From positions 36,518,001-36,582,000 of the forward strand of contig NC_042999.1 of assembly GCF_006345805.1 (NCBI RefSeq): a DNA stretch of 64,000 nt, in the 5' to 3' direction. Made by a program: the position numbers and the translations under genes. Source of the stretch: Octopus sinensis (taxonomy: Eukaryota). The notes beneath the pieces are model-generated. The model saw nothing but the letters and a program-made list of their open reading frames with translations, had not been told where the DNA came from and did not search any database. Positions 37,466-50,590 of the stretch are shown here, piece after piece; the stretch's first letter is position 1, and every line of letters starts with the position of its first letter.

Positions 37466-37597
37466 GTCAACAGAATCTGATCTACATGAAACTGCTATGA
37501 TAAGTCAGACTCCATGGTTTCCTGTCATGTCATAATGAAACATTAAAATTCCTGTAAATTTTGCCTTCAGAATCCACAGGCAGTTTCTCTGCTATGT
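37466..37597 (-). repeat. Second copy of about 130 bp of the pogo fragment
   Basis: About 90% identical by eye to 34647-34772. Confidence 0.85.
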
Positions 37598-38841
37598 ATA
37601 AAAGTGTTGGGGTGGCAAAAGTCATTAAAATGTTGGATAAAATACCTTGTGGTATTCATTCCGGCTTTGTTTATTCTGGGTTGCAATCTCACTGAGGCCA
37701 TCTTTGCATTTAGTCCTTTCGTTGTTGATAAAATAAATACTAGGGCTAATGATGTCAACTAACCCCCTCACCTCCAAAGTGCTGGCTTTGTGCCTAAATC
37801 AGGAATCATTATTATATTTATTATTATTATTATTATTAAAGTGGTGAGCTGGCAGAATCGTTAGCATGCCATGCAAAATGCTTAGTAGCATTTCATCCTT
37901 CCTTACATTCTGAGTTCAAATTCTGCCAAGGTCGACTTTGCTTTCATCCTTTCAGGATCAATAAAGTAAATACCGGCTGAGTACTGAGGTCAGCGTAATT
38001 GACTACCCCGCTCTCCCAAATTTCAGGCTTTGTGCCTGTAGTGGAAAGGATTATTATTACATTAAGGCCTTGTGCTAATAATAGAAGGAATTATTACTAT
38101 TAGTAATAATTCCTTCTATTTGCTAGAGCTTTGGATTTGATGCATTGTGGTATTTGTTCCAGCTCTTTGCATTCAGAGTTCAAATCCTGCGGAGGTAACC
38201 TCTCCTTCATATTTCAGGTTTCATACCTATATCAGAAGCAATTATAACAACTATAGTGTGGCTGAGATAGTTTCTTTAATCTTTTACTTGTCATGGGACT
38301 GCAGCCATGCTAGGGTGCCACCTTGAAGGGTTCAGTCAGACAAATCCACCCCAGTACTTATTTTTCAAGCCTTTGTCTATTGGTCCCTTTTGGTGAACTG
38401 CTAAGTTACTGGGATGTAAACAACCCAACACTGGTTGTCAAGTGATGATTGGGGACAAACAGACACAAAGATCCATACCCATAAATATATATATATATAC
38501 ACACACACACTGTTTTTGTTCTTAACTTTGACCCTCCATAAATCCAAAATTTCATTTTGGTACTTATTGGAGCAACTGTCTTCGAAGATACATACAGTGC
38601 TCTAAATGAGGAGTAGATAGACAGCCGACAACTGATGAAGGGTTGTTCTTTGTGTTACTTGTCCTGTTTTCCATCTGTCCCCGCGGTTGCTTATTAAACT
38701 CATTTGATTCCATATTTCCATTTCGTTGGTGACATCCTGTACCCATATATATATATATATATATATTCATACACATACACACATATATACCTACCTACAT
38801 ACATATATATATATATACACACACATACATATATACCTACA

Positions 38842-38896
<55 letters not shown>

Positions 38897-39103
38897 CATC
38901 AGTAGCTTATATATCCTAATGAAACACACTGTAAAACATTAGAGCAGTAATATTTGTTATAAGAAGTCAAAATTTATGCCCAGTCACTCTATGACTAGTC
39001 ATGACTTGCTAAAAAACATATATAAATATGAGTAAGCACATAAATGCAAAACAAGGCAGAAAGAATAGTACTCAAATACCAAATGTAGAGTAATATGGTT
39101 TTC

Positions 39104-39297
39104 TTTTTATTCAAGCTGCAAAAATATCATTAAAAAAAAACTTACTCAGAGTTTCGCATTCCTGTTCTTTGGACAGTTGTAATTAAGACTGGAATATTTT
39201 TATTCCAGTCTTGATCACAACCGTCTGATGAACATGAAACTCTGAGTAATAGTTTTTTTGTTTTTTTTTTGTGATGTTTTTGCAGCTTAAATAAAAA
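39104..39297. repeat. About 194-bp imperfect palindrome carrying a hammerhead motif in each arm
   Basis: Centre AAGACTGGAATA-TTTT-TATTCCAGTCTT. Right arm AACCGT CTGATGA ACAT GAAA CTC-T-GAG TA ATAGTT. Confidence 0.75.
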
Positions 39298-40356
39298 AGT
39301 ATGTATGTGGTGTGTGTGTGTGTATATATATATGTGCCGGTGGCATGTAAAAAGCACCATCCGTTCGTGGCCGTTGCCAGCCTCGCCTGGCCCCTGTGCC
39401 GGTGGCACGTAAAAAGCACCCACTACACTCATGGAGTGGTTGGCGTTAGGAAGGGCATCCAGCCGTAGAAACATTGCCAGATCAGACTGGGACTGGTGCA
39501 GCCTGCTGGCTTCCTAGACCCTAGTTGAACCGTCCAACCCATGCTAGCATGGAAAGCGAACGCTAAACGATGATGATGATATATATATATATATATACAC
39601 ACAGGCATACATGATGAATTTCTTTCAGTTCCATCTACCAAATCCATTCACAAGTCTTTGATCAGCTTGGGGCTATAAGCAGAAGACATATGCCCAATGT
39701 ATTGCACAGTGGGATTGAACCTGAGACCACATGGTTGGGAAGCAAGCTGCTTTCTTACACAGTCAGTCACACCATTAATTCCATCTCTCCTTATTCTGAA
39801 TTGGAAATAGCTTTCCATACCTTTAGACTAGGTTCAATAAGTAAAAATAGCAGTCATTCTATTAAGACCTATTGAATTTAGTTTACCTTTGCTCTATAAA
39901 TACCTGGTATTGTACTGATGTGATAAATCACTGTTGGTGATGTTACATAAAGGTTTGCTTCAACATTATATTCTTTCATGCACCTATACCTGTATACCAT
40001 TATGTTCTTTCATGCACCTATACTTACTATACCTGTTTTGTGATCTTGTCTGACCTGGTTGGTTCATTACATGTATAGAGATGTATAGCTATGATTACAT
40101 ACATACATATATGTGTGTCTGAATGTTTATACTCTTTCTACACTATATATATATGTATTATTTCTACACTATATATACACTGTTGTAGCTTGCACTTGTA
40201 ACCCATAGCAACATGGAGAAAATAAGCATTAAAACAACAAAGATACCAATACCAAATTTTGTATTTGTGTGTATAGATATTCACACATATATATACATCT
40301 GTTTGTTTTGTACACCCCTGTCTTAGTCTTTTGTTCTTTTCATAAACTTTCCCTAT

Positions 40357-40396
<40 letters not shown>

Positions 40397-41406
40397 ATAT
40401 GTCTTGGCTAGACTCTTGTAAGTTCTTATGAAGCAATTTTGAGTTTTACACACATAAAAATGTGTTTAACCATATTGTTTTATAACATTGTGTGTGTATG
40501 TATATATATATATATATATTATATATATTATATATATATATATATATAGTTGGTGTTCATGTGTGTCTGTCAGCTATGCGTGTTTGTGTGTGTGCATATA
40601 TATATACACACATACATACACACACACACACACACACACGCACACACACACACAAAAGGGTGCATAAATACATATTAGATGTACATATATGCATGTTTTA
40701 TACACTTGCATGTACACTTTTGTACCTGCATAAATATATTCATACATACACAAAGTTGGACGTAAGCAAAAATATCATTCACTTAAGTATAGGTTTCTAA
40801 CAAATCTTGAGCAGCTGTTAACAAAACAACAATACTATTGTCAAGGTTTCCTTGTTCAGACAAAAGCAGTAAACTACTATTGTTACTACACACATGCACA
40901 TATATATATATATCTCATTATCATCATCATTGTTTCAATGTCTGCATTTCCATGCTTGCATGGGTCAAATATGATTTGTTGAAGCAGAATTTCTACAGCT
41001 GGATTCCCTTCCTGTTGCCAAGCCTAAGTAAGTAACTATTTCTCCATGGCTAGATAATCTTTCATCAAAGAATGGAAACATAGGACACCATTGGCTTGGT
41101 AGTGGCACTTATTTACAACTATTGTGCAAAATCAAAGCAGGGAGAAAGTAACACACACATGCACGCGTGCACACACACAACATATACATATGGCCCCAGC
41201 ATTTGGCTGAAACCAGTAAAAGAATGCATGATTGGTCTTCTTTCAGTTTCTCTCTACCAAATCCACTCACAATACTTTGCTCAGCCTGAGGTTATAGTAG
41301 AAGACACTTAACTAAGGTGCCATGCAGGGTGACTGAACCTGAAACCATGTGGTTAGACATCAATCCTCTTACCACAACCATGCCTACACTTAATATATAT
41401 CTATAT

Positions 41407-41440
<34 letters not shown>

Positions 41441-41507
41441 ATTATTATAGAATATATATATATATACATATACATATATATATATATAATATATATATAT
41501 ACATATA

Positions 41508-41551
<44 letters not shown>

Positions 41552-41555
41552 TATA

Positions 41556-41589
<34 letters not shown>

Positions 41590-41672
41590 CAACAATTGAG
41601 GGTAAAATTAATTAATTTCTACTAAGTTCAGTATGTGGCAAAGTAATTATTTTTACTAAGCCCTAATTATAT

Positions 41673-41721
<49 letters not shown>

Positions 41722-41899
41722 CATATATGTTAATAAAATAGAACATATGCATATATATAAACATATATGTACGTACCTACCTCTACATGTACATATACAC
41801 GCATAATGTGTACAGGACACCAAAAGACGTCGAACACATAGAGAGACGAAAAACATAGACACAAACCAAGGAACAGGACAAGCAAAAAAGAAAAAAAGA

Positions 41900-41999
41900 N
41901 NNNNNNNNNNNNNNNNNNNNNNNNNNNNNNNNNNNNNNNNNNNNNNNNNNNNNNNNNNNNNNNNNNNNNNNNNNNNNNNNNNNNNNNNNNNNNNNNNNN
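41900..41999. other. Assembly gap (100 N)
   Basis: Run of exactly 100 N, a usual placeholder for a gap of unknown size. Confidence 0.99.
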
Positions 42000-42155
42000 T
42001 ATATATATATATTATAACATGTATTACACACACACAATTCTAATATACAGATAAATTTTTATTAAAATCTTATCAGTGGTCAGCCTTATGGAAAATACCT
42101 TTTAAGGTGAAATTTTAGATTTTATGATCATATATATAATATATATATATATATC

Positions 42156-42191
<36 letters not shown>

Positions 42192-42593
42192 CAAAGATCT
42201 TTGGTTGAATCTGGTCATTCATTCATTTCCATTTTTTCCAGTAGCACACAATAACAGCTATGACATATATAGCTATTTTAATATTACGTCCTATTTTAGG
42301 ACATATGATACAGTGTCCAATCAGTTTTGTAAACAATTTTCTTTGATTCTGAATTGAAATTCTGCTAATATTGAGTGTAGTTTTCATCCATCCTGTTTCA
42401 ATCAAATAAATACTTGTCAACTATACACTGACTATGCACTCTCTCAAAAGTGTTTTTTGTTCCTATGTTAGAAATCAGTCATAGAGAAAATGTTTCTTGG
42501 ATGTCTTATAGGTACATGTGTGGTTGAGAAGCTTGTTTTCCAACTATGTGGTCTTGGGGTCAGTCTCACTGCATAGAACCTTGACTTCTATTA

Positions 42594-42788
42594 CGAGGGG
42601 GTGCTGGAAAGTTCCTGGCTTTAAGGGTATCGCGAAAGGCCTGAATGTGGGCCCAACCTTTCGAGTTCTTTTACAGGGCTTAGAAAAACTGGAGGGCCAC
42701 TGCAATAAGTGTGTGAATAAAATCATAATTAACTGATCCTCGTATATTTTCTTTAACTCAAAGCCAGGAACTTTTCAGCACCCCCTCA
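42594..42788 (+). mobile_element. About 195-bp mariner MITE inserted in a SINE
   Basis: TIRs CGAGGGGGTGCTGGAAAGTTCCTGGCTTT and revcomp TGAGGGGGTGCTGAAAAGTTCCTGGCTTT. Internal LEKLEGHCNKCV resembles a mariner C-terminus. Confidence 0.85.
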
Positions 42789-42865
42789 TTTATGCTGTAG
42801 GCCAACCAAAGCCTTGTGAGTGAATTTAGTAGATGGAGTCTAATAGAAGCCTGTTGTCTATCTAT

Positions 42866-43091
42866 CGAGCTGGCAGAAATGTTAGCATGCCAGGCGAAAT
42901 GCGTAGCCGTATTTCGTCTGCCGTTACATTCTGAGTTCAAATTCCGCCGAGGTTGACTTTGCCTTTCATCCTTTCGGGGTCGATAAATTAAGTACCGGTT
43001 ACGCACTGGGGTCGATGTAATCGACTTAATCCCTTTGTCTGTCCTTGTTTGTCCCCTCTATGTTTAGCTCCTTGTGGGTAGTAAAGAAATA
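42866..43091 (+). mobile_element. SINE family B
   Basis: Full copy, inserted at the end of the MITE-interrupted SINE A. Confidence 0.9.
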
Positions 43092-43534
43092 TATATGTAG
43101 GACTGGATCTCTTCCTGTCAGGTGTCCAGGATGAACCAACTTCACGGCAGGAGGTGCAGATGAGGGCAGCTGCATCAAACTCTCTCATGCACCAAATGGC
43201 AGTTGCTAAAAAGCATTCATGAGGTAAAATCATGTAGCAACACCAAATGGCGGTGCCCCAGCATGGCCACAGCTTAAGAGCTGAAACTGGAAAACATAAA
43301 CATAAAACATAAAAATGTATTGTGTTTGTATATGTGTGTACCCATGTCTGGATATCATGGGATGGTTGTAAATAAGACTCAACATCATATAAGCAAGGTC
43401 ATCTGTGGAAAACTTGTATAGCTTTGGAAGCAGGTGAGGGTTAATGACAGGAAGGGCATCTGGCTATAAAAAATCTGCCTCTAAGGGGAACAAATTCTTC
43501 CTGACCCATGCAAACATGGAAATGTGGATATTAA

Positions 43535-44097
43535 TCCTTTAGCATTCACATTGTTCTATTAAAAATAATGTAAAAGGTAATGACTGCCTTTGGTCATAAA
43601 TGGCCATGAGATTACGCCTGGAAAGTAGGCCCCTGAGGCACAAATGTGGACAAGGTTGTTTGTGGAAGACCAGCAGTGGAAGCCTCCCTTTTCCATGTCA
43701 AAAATGTTATCCAAGGGAAAGGCAAATGTCAATACAGCTTAGCACCATTGATGTTGCAACACATTTCTACAGATGAGTGAACTGGAGCAACGTAAAATAA
43801 AGTGTCTTGCTCAAGAACACAACACACAGCTCAGTCCAAGAATCAAACTCACTACCTCATAATTGCGAGCCTGATGCTCTGACCATTGAGCCATGTGCCT
43901 TCGCCGTCAAAAGTAATGCTTATTTATTCACATTGTTTTGAACTTATCCTGCATTATCTTGTAGCTTTGAGATTTTGATCAGTTAACTGATAGTGAATGA
44001 TATTGTAGGGTTGGTGAGAGAGGCCAGATCTGGCCAGTTTGAACATAAAACAAGTAGAATATTATGGCCAGATATAGCCGGTTTAAATGCTAAATAG
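43535..44097. mobile_element. piggyBac-like MITE family 2 interrupted by a SINE at about 43578-43903
   Basis: TTAA-TCCTTTAGCATT...AATGCTAAATAG-TTAA; internal sequence matches 28006-28197. Confidence 0.65.
43578..43903 (-). mobile_element. tRNA-derived SINE family E
   Basis: Minus-strand head gaaggcacatggctcaatggtcagagc...gagtttgattcttgg and core gtgttcttgagcaagacacttta. Relatives at about 14040-14772 (split by the mariner MITE) and 54085-54282. Confidence 0.75.
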
Positions 44098-44859
44098 TTA
44101 AATAATGATAATGAAGATGTCTTCTGCATAGGTTTGTTTATGTCTGTCTTGAGGCTTTAGCCAAAGCTTATCCTCATTTCTGTGGTGTTTAACCCTCTAG
44201 CATTCAGATTTCACTATCAAATCTAATACTTGTTTCTTGACATTGATTTGAATTAGAAATGCATTATTTTGTTGCTCTGAGATTTTGATAATGCAATTGT
44301 TTGTTTTTAGAATAACACTAGCAGAAATACACAGCGTTGCCCAGGTTAAAGAAATAATGAAATTTAAAACCGGTCTAGATTACATAGGTCTCAGCTACTA
44401 GTAGCTGAGATACCAACTTCCTACATTAATAACTCTCCAACCCATGCCAACATGGAACATAGACGTTAAGGGAAATGTTGAAAGAAAGTTTTGAACACCT
44501 GTATGTATATAAAGTAAAGACACATAATTCAAAAATACATTCTGTCTAGCTTATTTCATAACCAAAAAACAGGTACAGATTATAAACAATGAAGTGCATA
44601 TATGTACGTATATGTATATATATGTATTGATATATAGGTATATATATATATATATATATATATGTATGAACTCCCCACATTTTTTCTCAGTTGTTTTTTT
44701 TCATTCTCTCTCCATTTTTTTTTCTTAAACCTTTCTGTCAAAGAGCATAAGCTCAAAATGTTAAAGACTTTTCCATTTTTCCCTAGCGTTAAACTAATAC
44801 ACCTGCTTGTTGTTTCTACACTTATCTTTGTCTTTTGTTTTCTGTGAATTTGGACTACA

Positions 44860-44891
<32 letters not shown>

Positions 44892-46555
44892 GCATTTGTG
44901 TTAGTGTATGTGCATATGTACTTTTGTGTGTCCTATTGTATCTCTCTATCAAAAAGTAACTTAGCATCATGATAAGTAGTCATTGATAAAATAAGTATCA
45001 GAAGTATCAGAGTTAAATACTTCCATTGGTATCCTCAATTGATATTGTTGAAATTAGTGCCATAACATGGCTTCCATCCAAAGACTGAAACAGGTAAAAT
45101 CGGGAAAATGTAAATCTAAGTATATTGTAGGCCTGAAGAACATTTATTGATTAGTTCGTAACTCCACTTTGTTGGCATGAATCAACCAAAAAGAAAAAAA
45201 AAATCAATCATGCCTTTGATACTGTGTCTATCTAAAGCAACAGTCACCATCATCATCATCATCATCCTCAAGTGGCTTTAATCGGGATGCTTTTCACCAT
45301 GCCAAGAATTTATCTCCTGCCATTAGTTTTGCCACGTCTTCAATTTCATATTAAGTAGTATGAATGCTTCTGAGTGGTCTTCGTTTTCTATCAAGATACA
45401 GATGTCTCCGAAATATTCCTTCTAATTTTGGCAGAAGGTCAGCTGTTTTGAGGAAAGGGGCAATCGATTACATCAACCCCATTGCTTGACTTGTACTTAA
45501 TTTTATTGAGCCCAAAACGATGAAAAGCAAAGTTGACTTCAACAGAATTTGAACTCAGAATGCAAAGAGATTGAAGAAATGCCACTAAGCCTTTTGTTTG
45601 ATGTACTAATGAATCTGCTATCTCTCCACCTTAAATGTCTCCAAAATATAACACCTGATATGGCACAGGCCAGCAAAGCCTATTTTACATTGATCAACAA
45701 TAGTAAAGATGGGTAGAATATGTCCATAAATCTTCTCTTTGCTTTTGTACACACACTGTCTTTCCTTTGCTATCTAACTACCTGTTCCTAGAATCCATGT
45801 AGGTAGATTAAAGCATTTAAATAGAGTATTCACACATACTGCTGAGAATTTGAACATTCGTTAACACCATGTCAGCTCTGTTATATCTGTTATTTATTTA
45901 TATTTTGTATCAGATATTTTGTGAACAATAGTTTTTATTGGTTTCCAATGGTGTCATATTTCCAGTGAGCCAATAACTGGTTCTGAGTTATAAACAATTG
46001 TCTGTGCAACTCTGGATTAAATATCACAAATTTTTATTTTTGTTGAAACACAAATTTGTCATTAGTTTGTTGCCAACAGATATATTTTTTACCAGTGTAC
46101 ACACAGTTAAAAATTAATGTCTTTATATGCATAAAAAGCACTGAACATTAACTTAATAAAGGACTCAATGCAAACATTGAAACTGATATACTTAATAATT
46201 TTTATTAACAGTGACTACAAAGTTTTTGCTGGACTGCTTTTTCAAACAGTATGAATAAGCCTCCAACACAACTTTGTCACTATTTATAAAATTTGTCTCA
46301 TTGCTTGACACCTTAGGTAAGTGTCTTCTACTATAACCCCAAGCCAACAAATACTTTGTGAGTAAATTTGGATGATGGAAGCTTGCCATGCGTTTGTGTA
46401 CATGAAAGTTGATATCCCTCAGGTATGCTTGTAACTATTGCCTGAAAGAAATAGTGAAATGAAACAGATAAAGGTTGGCACAGAAGAGCATCTGGCTTAT
46501 CTCCAGTAAGTTTTTATTCATCCTTTATAAGCATTGAAAAACAGATGAATATACA

Positions 46556-46755
46556 TAGTTAATCCAAACATGAAAGCACAAAAAAACACAACAACGTGAG
46601 GACGTGGAACAAATATAGTATTATTGGACGCTCAGGAAAGAAGGAGGGTTTAATGTTTCGAGCGGAGCTCTTTGTCGGAAACATAGAAGGAAAGATCCAG
46701 AGAAGGGAAGACAGAGGGAAAAAAATCGCCAACGGTACACACGCGGTCACATTTT
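46556..46755 (-). mobile_element. Second copy of the 200-bp hammerhead-bearing repeat
   Basis: GTTT CCGACAA A GAGC-TCC-GCTC GAAAC ATT AAAC at 46648-46682. Confidence 0.7.
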
Positions 46756-46775
46756 GAATATACATATATGTACAT

Positions 46776-47507
46776 GAAGGCACAAGTGTGGCTGTGTAGC
46801 AAGAAGTTTGCTTCTCAACCACATGGTTCTGTGTGATGCTTTGGACAAGTGTCTTCTACTATAGCTAAGGGCCAACTTAAAACCTTGTGAGCGGATTTGG
46901 TAGACAGAAACTAAAAGAAGATGATTGTATATATTTGTGCAATGAGTGTATGTGCATTTGTGTCTGTGTTTGTCCCCAATCAGTGTTGGTGTGTTTGCAT
47001 CACCATAACTTAGAGGTTTAGCAAAAGTGACTCATAGAATAAGTTACAGGTTTTCAAAAAAAAACAAAAAGTAAGTACTGGGATCAATTTCTTCAACTAA
47101 AATTCTTCAAGACTGAGTGGCTGTGTGGTAAGTAGCTTGTTTACCAACCACATGGTTCCGGGTTCAGTCCCACTGTGTGGCACCTTGGGCAAGTTTCTTC
47201 TACTATAGCCTCGGGCCGACCAAAGCCTTGTGAGTGGATTTGGTAGACGGAAACTGAAAGAAGCCCGTCGTATATATGTATATATATATATATGCGTGTA
47301 TGTGTTTGTGTGTCTGTGTTTGTCCCTCTAGCATTGCTTGACAACCGATGCTGGTGTGTTTATGTCCCCGTTACTTAGTGGTTTGGCAAAAGAGACCGAT
47401 AGAATAAGTACTGGGCTTACAAAAGAATAAGTCCCGGGATCGAGTTGCTCGATTAAAGGCGGTGCTCCAGCATGGCCACAATGAAATGACTGAAACAAGT
47501 AAAAGAG
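46776..47507 (+). mobile_element. Two adjacent SINE A copies (older 46776-47110, younger 47115-47507)
   Basis: Two successive heads, cores and tails. Further partial or old copies at about 2680-2815, 23060-23280, 23860-24060, 26500-26670, 29910-30280, 38270-38470, 39600-39760, 41230-41390, 54300-54460. Confidence 0.85.
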
Positions 47508-48879
47508 TATACAAAGAAAACATACAAAGAAAAAGAAAAATATATGATGAGCTTCTCAGGTTTTTGTCCACTAAAATACACCTAACTACATATAACCCTC
47601 CCATACCTCCATTAACTTGTTAGCAAACAAATACACACACACACACACATATGATGTCTGTCTACAGAATAGGTCATCCTGCGGCTCTGATCCCACTGAG
47701 TATCATTTGCCAAAAGTCCTGCATAATGGGATTGACTCCAGGAACTACATGGCTCTAAATTGACCTTCTTAATCATATATATATACCTTCATCAAGTTGT
47801 TAATGTCAATTCACTAGCTAATATTAAATTCAGTGGTGCTTTTAGTTCCCTGTGTTTGTTTGTTCAATGTTTGTACAAGTAACACACTTGAACTTTGTTT
47901 CAATCTATCTAGCAGACAAGAACAAATACAACATGAGTGTAAACTTAATTTGCTGACTGGTTTAACACTACACCTGGCATTTGCTGCAGTTATTAGAACT
48001 GGTTTCCAAGCTCTCTCCTTGTCATCACCTGTCTTAAAGCACTTGTCATCACCAGTCTTAGAGCTCTGATTTAAGCCATTAAAGAAACAAAAAAATAACT
48101 CTGCCTGTTCCAGAATAGCAATCAGATCTTGAGATGACACCTTCCCATCTTCCATATGACGAAAATTATTTAGTAGATATTGTGATCAATGAGCTGTAAT
48201 GTTGTCATCACTTCTATCAACAAATCATCTGCTTGCTATATGCCTTTCAAACAATGTAGTTTATACTCCATGATTTCAAAGGATATTTTTCCTTTTTTTC
48301 AAACAAAGGATTTCTTAGGAAATCCCTTGTTTGAAAAAAAGCAAATGAAAATGGATTTAAAAACAAACAAACATATACACAGTAAATATGAAATTATTTT
48401 CACTGTCTTTTTTTTTTTTTCCCCCAATTTTAAAGTGTAAGGGGAAAGTGATTTGATTACTATTTCTAGCAAGTCAGATAATGCACACCACTAATTTGAA
48501 ATCCACTGATTAAAAAAGACTTTTTGAAACTTTTCTGGCAAAACTGGAATTACTGCCATCAATTTTCAGTCATCATCATCTTCCAACATCCCTTTTCTGG
48601 GTTGGGATAGGTTAGACAGACAGTCTGACAGGCCTGAGGACTTCGTTGTGTTCCAGTGTCTGCTCTGGCATGGTTTCTTCTACTGGATGATCCTCCTAAC
48701 ACTAACCGCTTTACAGAGTGTACTAGGTGCAGAGAGACTACAAAAATATAGACAATTTTCATTATAGAATGTTTCTGCTTCACCCCTTTGATTAAATTTA
48801 CAAGACTATGTTAGGATGAACTAAACATTAATGAATTGCTTTTAATGAACTTTATTTAAAATGTATTTATAACATCCAC

Positions 48880-49255
48880 ATGGCACAGGCATGGCTGTGT
48901 GGTAAAATGTTTGCTTCCCAGCCAAGTAGTTCCAGGCATGTTCAGTCCCACTGTGTGGCACCTTGGGCAGGTGTCTTCTACTATAGACCTGGGCTGACCA
49001 AATTCTTGTGTGTGTGTGTGTATGTTACTGTCTCCTTGCTGTGATATTGCTTGATAGTTGTAAATGAGCATCACCATTAAGATGCAGTGTCCTTCATTTC
49101 CAGGGGAAATATTACCTTACTTGAAAACAGGTGAGGGTTGGTGCCAGGAAGGATTTCTGGTTGTAGAAAATCTGCCTCAACAAATTCTGCCCAACCCCTG
49201 TGAACATAAAAAAAAATATGAGCTACAGAACAATGATGATGGTGATGGTGGTGGT
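48880..49255 (+). mobile_element. SINE with family A head/core but an RTE-like (TGA)n tail
   Basis: The A head and core continue into gcagtgtccttcatttcc...aaacaggtgagggttgg...gtagaaaatctgcctc...(gat)n. Same layout at about 35305-35885. Confidence 0.7.
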
Positions 49256-50319
49256 TTCATGGTTTAATCATTGCTACCAGTTCACTACTGTAATGCTAAC
49301 CTGTTCCTTGTTCATGAACCACATTCATCATCCAAAGGAAATGTGGAACTTTTGAGTAATGTTATATGTTTTGGGTTTCCATGGACAGCTGTAAGCAATC
49401 TATTGGCTTTTGTTTTAACAGCAATGCAAGTAACAAGTCCATTCACATAGCCAGATATATAAATCTTTATCCGATTTTTCATATGGGGAGACAGTTTAAC
49501 AGATTTTGTTTTGACATTTTCTTGGGTGATTTTTCTTGTTTCTACCATTTCCTTGCTGATTTTTCCACTACACTAAACTCTCTTTCATATGTTCAATAAC
49601 ATGCACTTTAAAACCACAATCTCATATCTTAGTCTTAAATTTTAGTGTTTATGGTTTAGTTTCTGGTCACCTTTTCCTATCATGAAATTAGGACCTCACT
49701 GAAACAATGACTAGTGACTGAGACCTTTAGCAATATGCCATGCTTGAGAAGACCCATCAAGTCATGACCAATACTGGTGTCACGTAACTGGCATGTGAAA
49801 AACACCTTTAATGCATTGGGCCTCATGGAGGCAAGGTGGCTGATGCCAGTGGCATATAAAAAGCATCTTTCATGCATTAGGCCTCAAAGAGGCAATAACA
49901 AATGACCAAGACCTTTGGCATTATACCATGCTTGAGAAGAAGACCCTTGAAGCCAAGTGAAATCATAGTCATGGTAGATACTGGTGTCACGCAACTGGCA
50001 CCCATGATGGTGGCAAGTAACTGCACCGATTATACTCTCAGAGTGATTGGAATTAGGAAGGGCACCCAACCGTAGAAACCATGCCAAATCAGACTGGAGT
50101 CTGGTGCAGCTCTCCCCCTCCCCCCAGCTTGCCAGCATGGACAACAGACATTAAATGATGATGATTATGAATAAAAGTTTTTTTCATCACTTTTGCCAAA
50201 AATCTTGGTGAATAAAAGTGAAAAGTTTAGACAGATATGAATGATATGACATGTATCATTACAGGTGCCTTTATTTTGTAGCATAGTCAAATTCTCCATA
50301 AGTAGAAAATTAGTTAATT

Positions 50320-50590
50320 GACTAAGTCCTTTTCTCTCCTTTACAACTATCCTCCACTGTTCTTGACTCTGGGGTGTCCTCTCCCAAGTCAATGATTCTG
50401 TAACTTTGCTTCTTTCTAGGTAGGGGTGTTGACCCTTCACTGACCCTTTTTTACCTCTGGGAAGAGGTGGTCCATAATACTCTGGCCACTATTCTTTGAC
50501 CTGTCCAGCATGGGAAACCCTATCAGGAGCTTGTGCTCTGTTGATATAGGTCTCAGGGTCATTCAGGCACACAGGCTACTGCAGTGGCCC
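50320..50590 (-). mobile_element. Probable RTE-derived bipartite element (5' UTR segment joined to ORF C-terminus)
   Basis: Minus strand gtgcctgaatgaccctgagacc...gctcctgatagggtttcccatgctggacaggtcaaag resembles RTE-clade 5' regions as remembered. It runs directly into LTWERTPQSQEQWRIVVKE, typical of RTE ORF ends. Confidence 0.45.

Noticed and set aside
45128-45175. CTGAAGAAC...GTTCGTAAC hammerhead-like string
   Set aside because: GAAA is absent and stem I does not pair; single copy.
45900-45935. Acceptor plus IFCEQ as a candidate furin exon 2 (IFGD-like start)
   Set aside because: In-frame TAG after five codons; no YHF motif.
47814-49599. Short non-repetitive ORFs (47814-48155, 49312-49548, 49366-49599)
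   Set aside because: No recognisable motif or splice-site pair; possibly decayed TE sequence. A BLASTX search would be needed.
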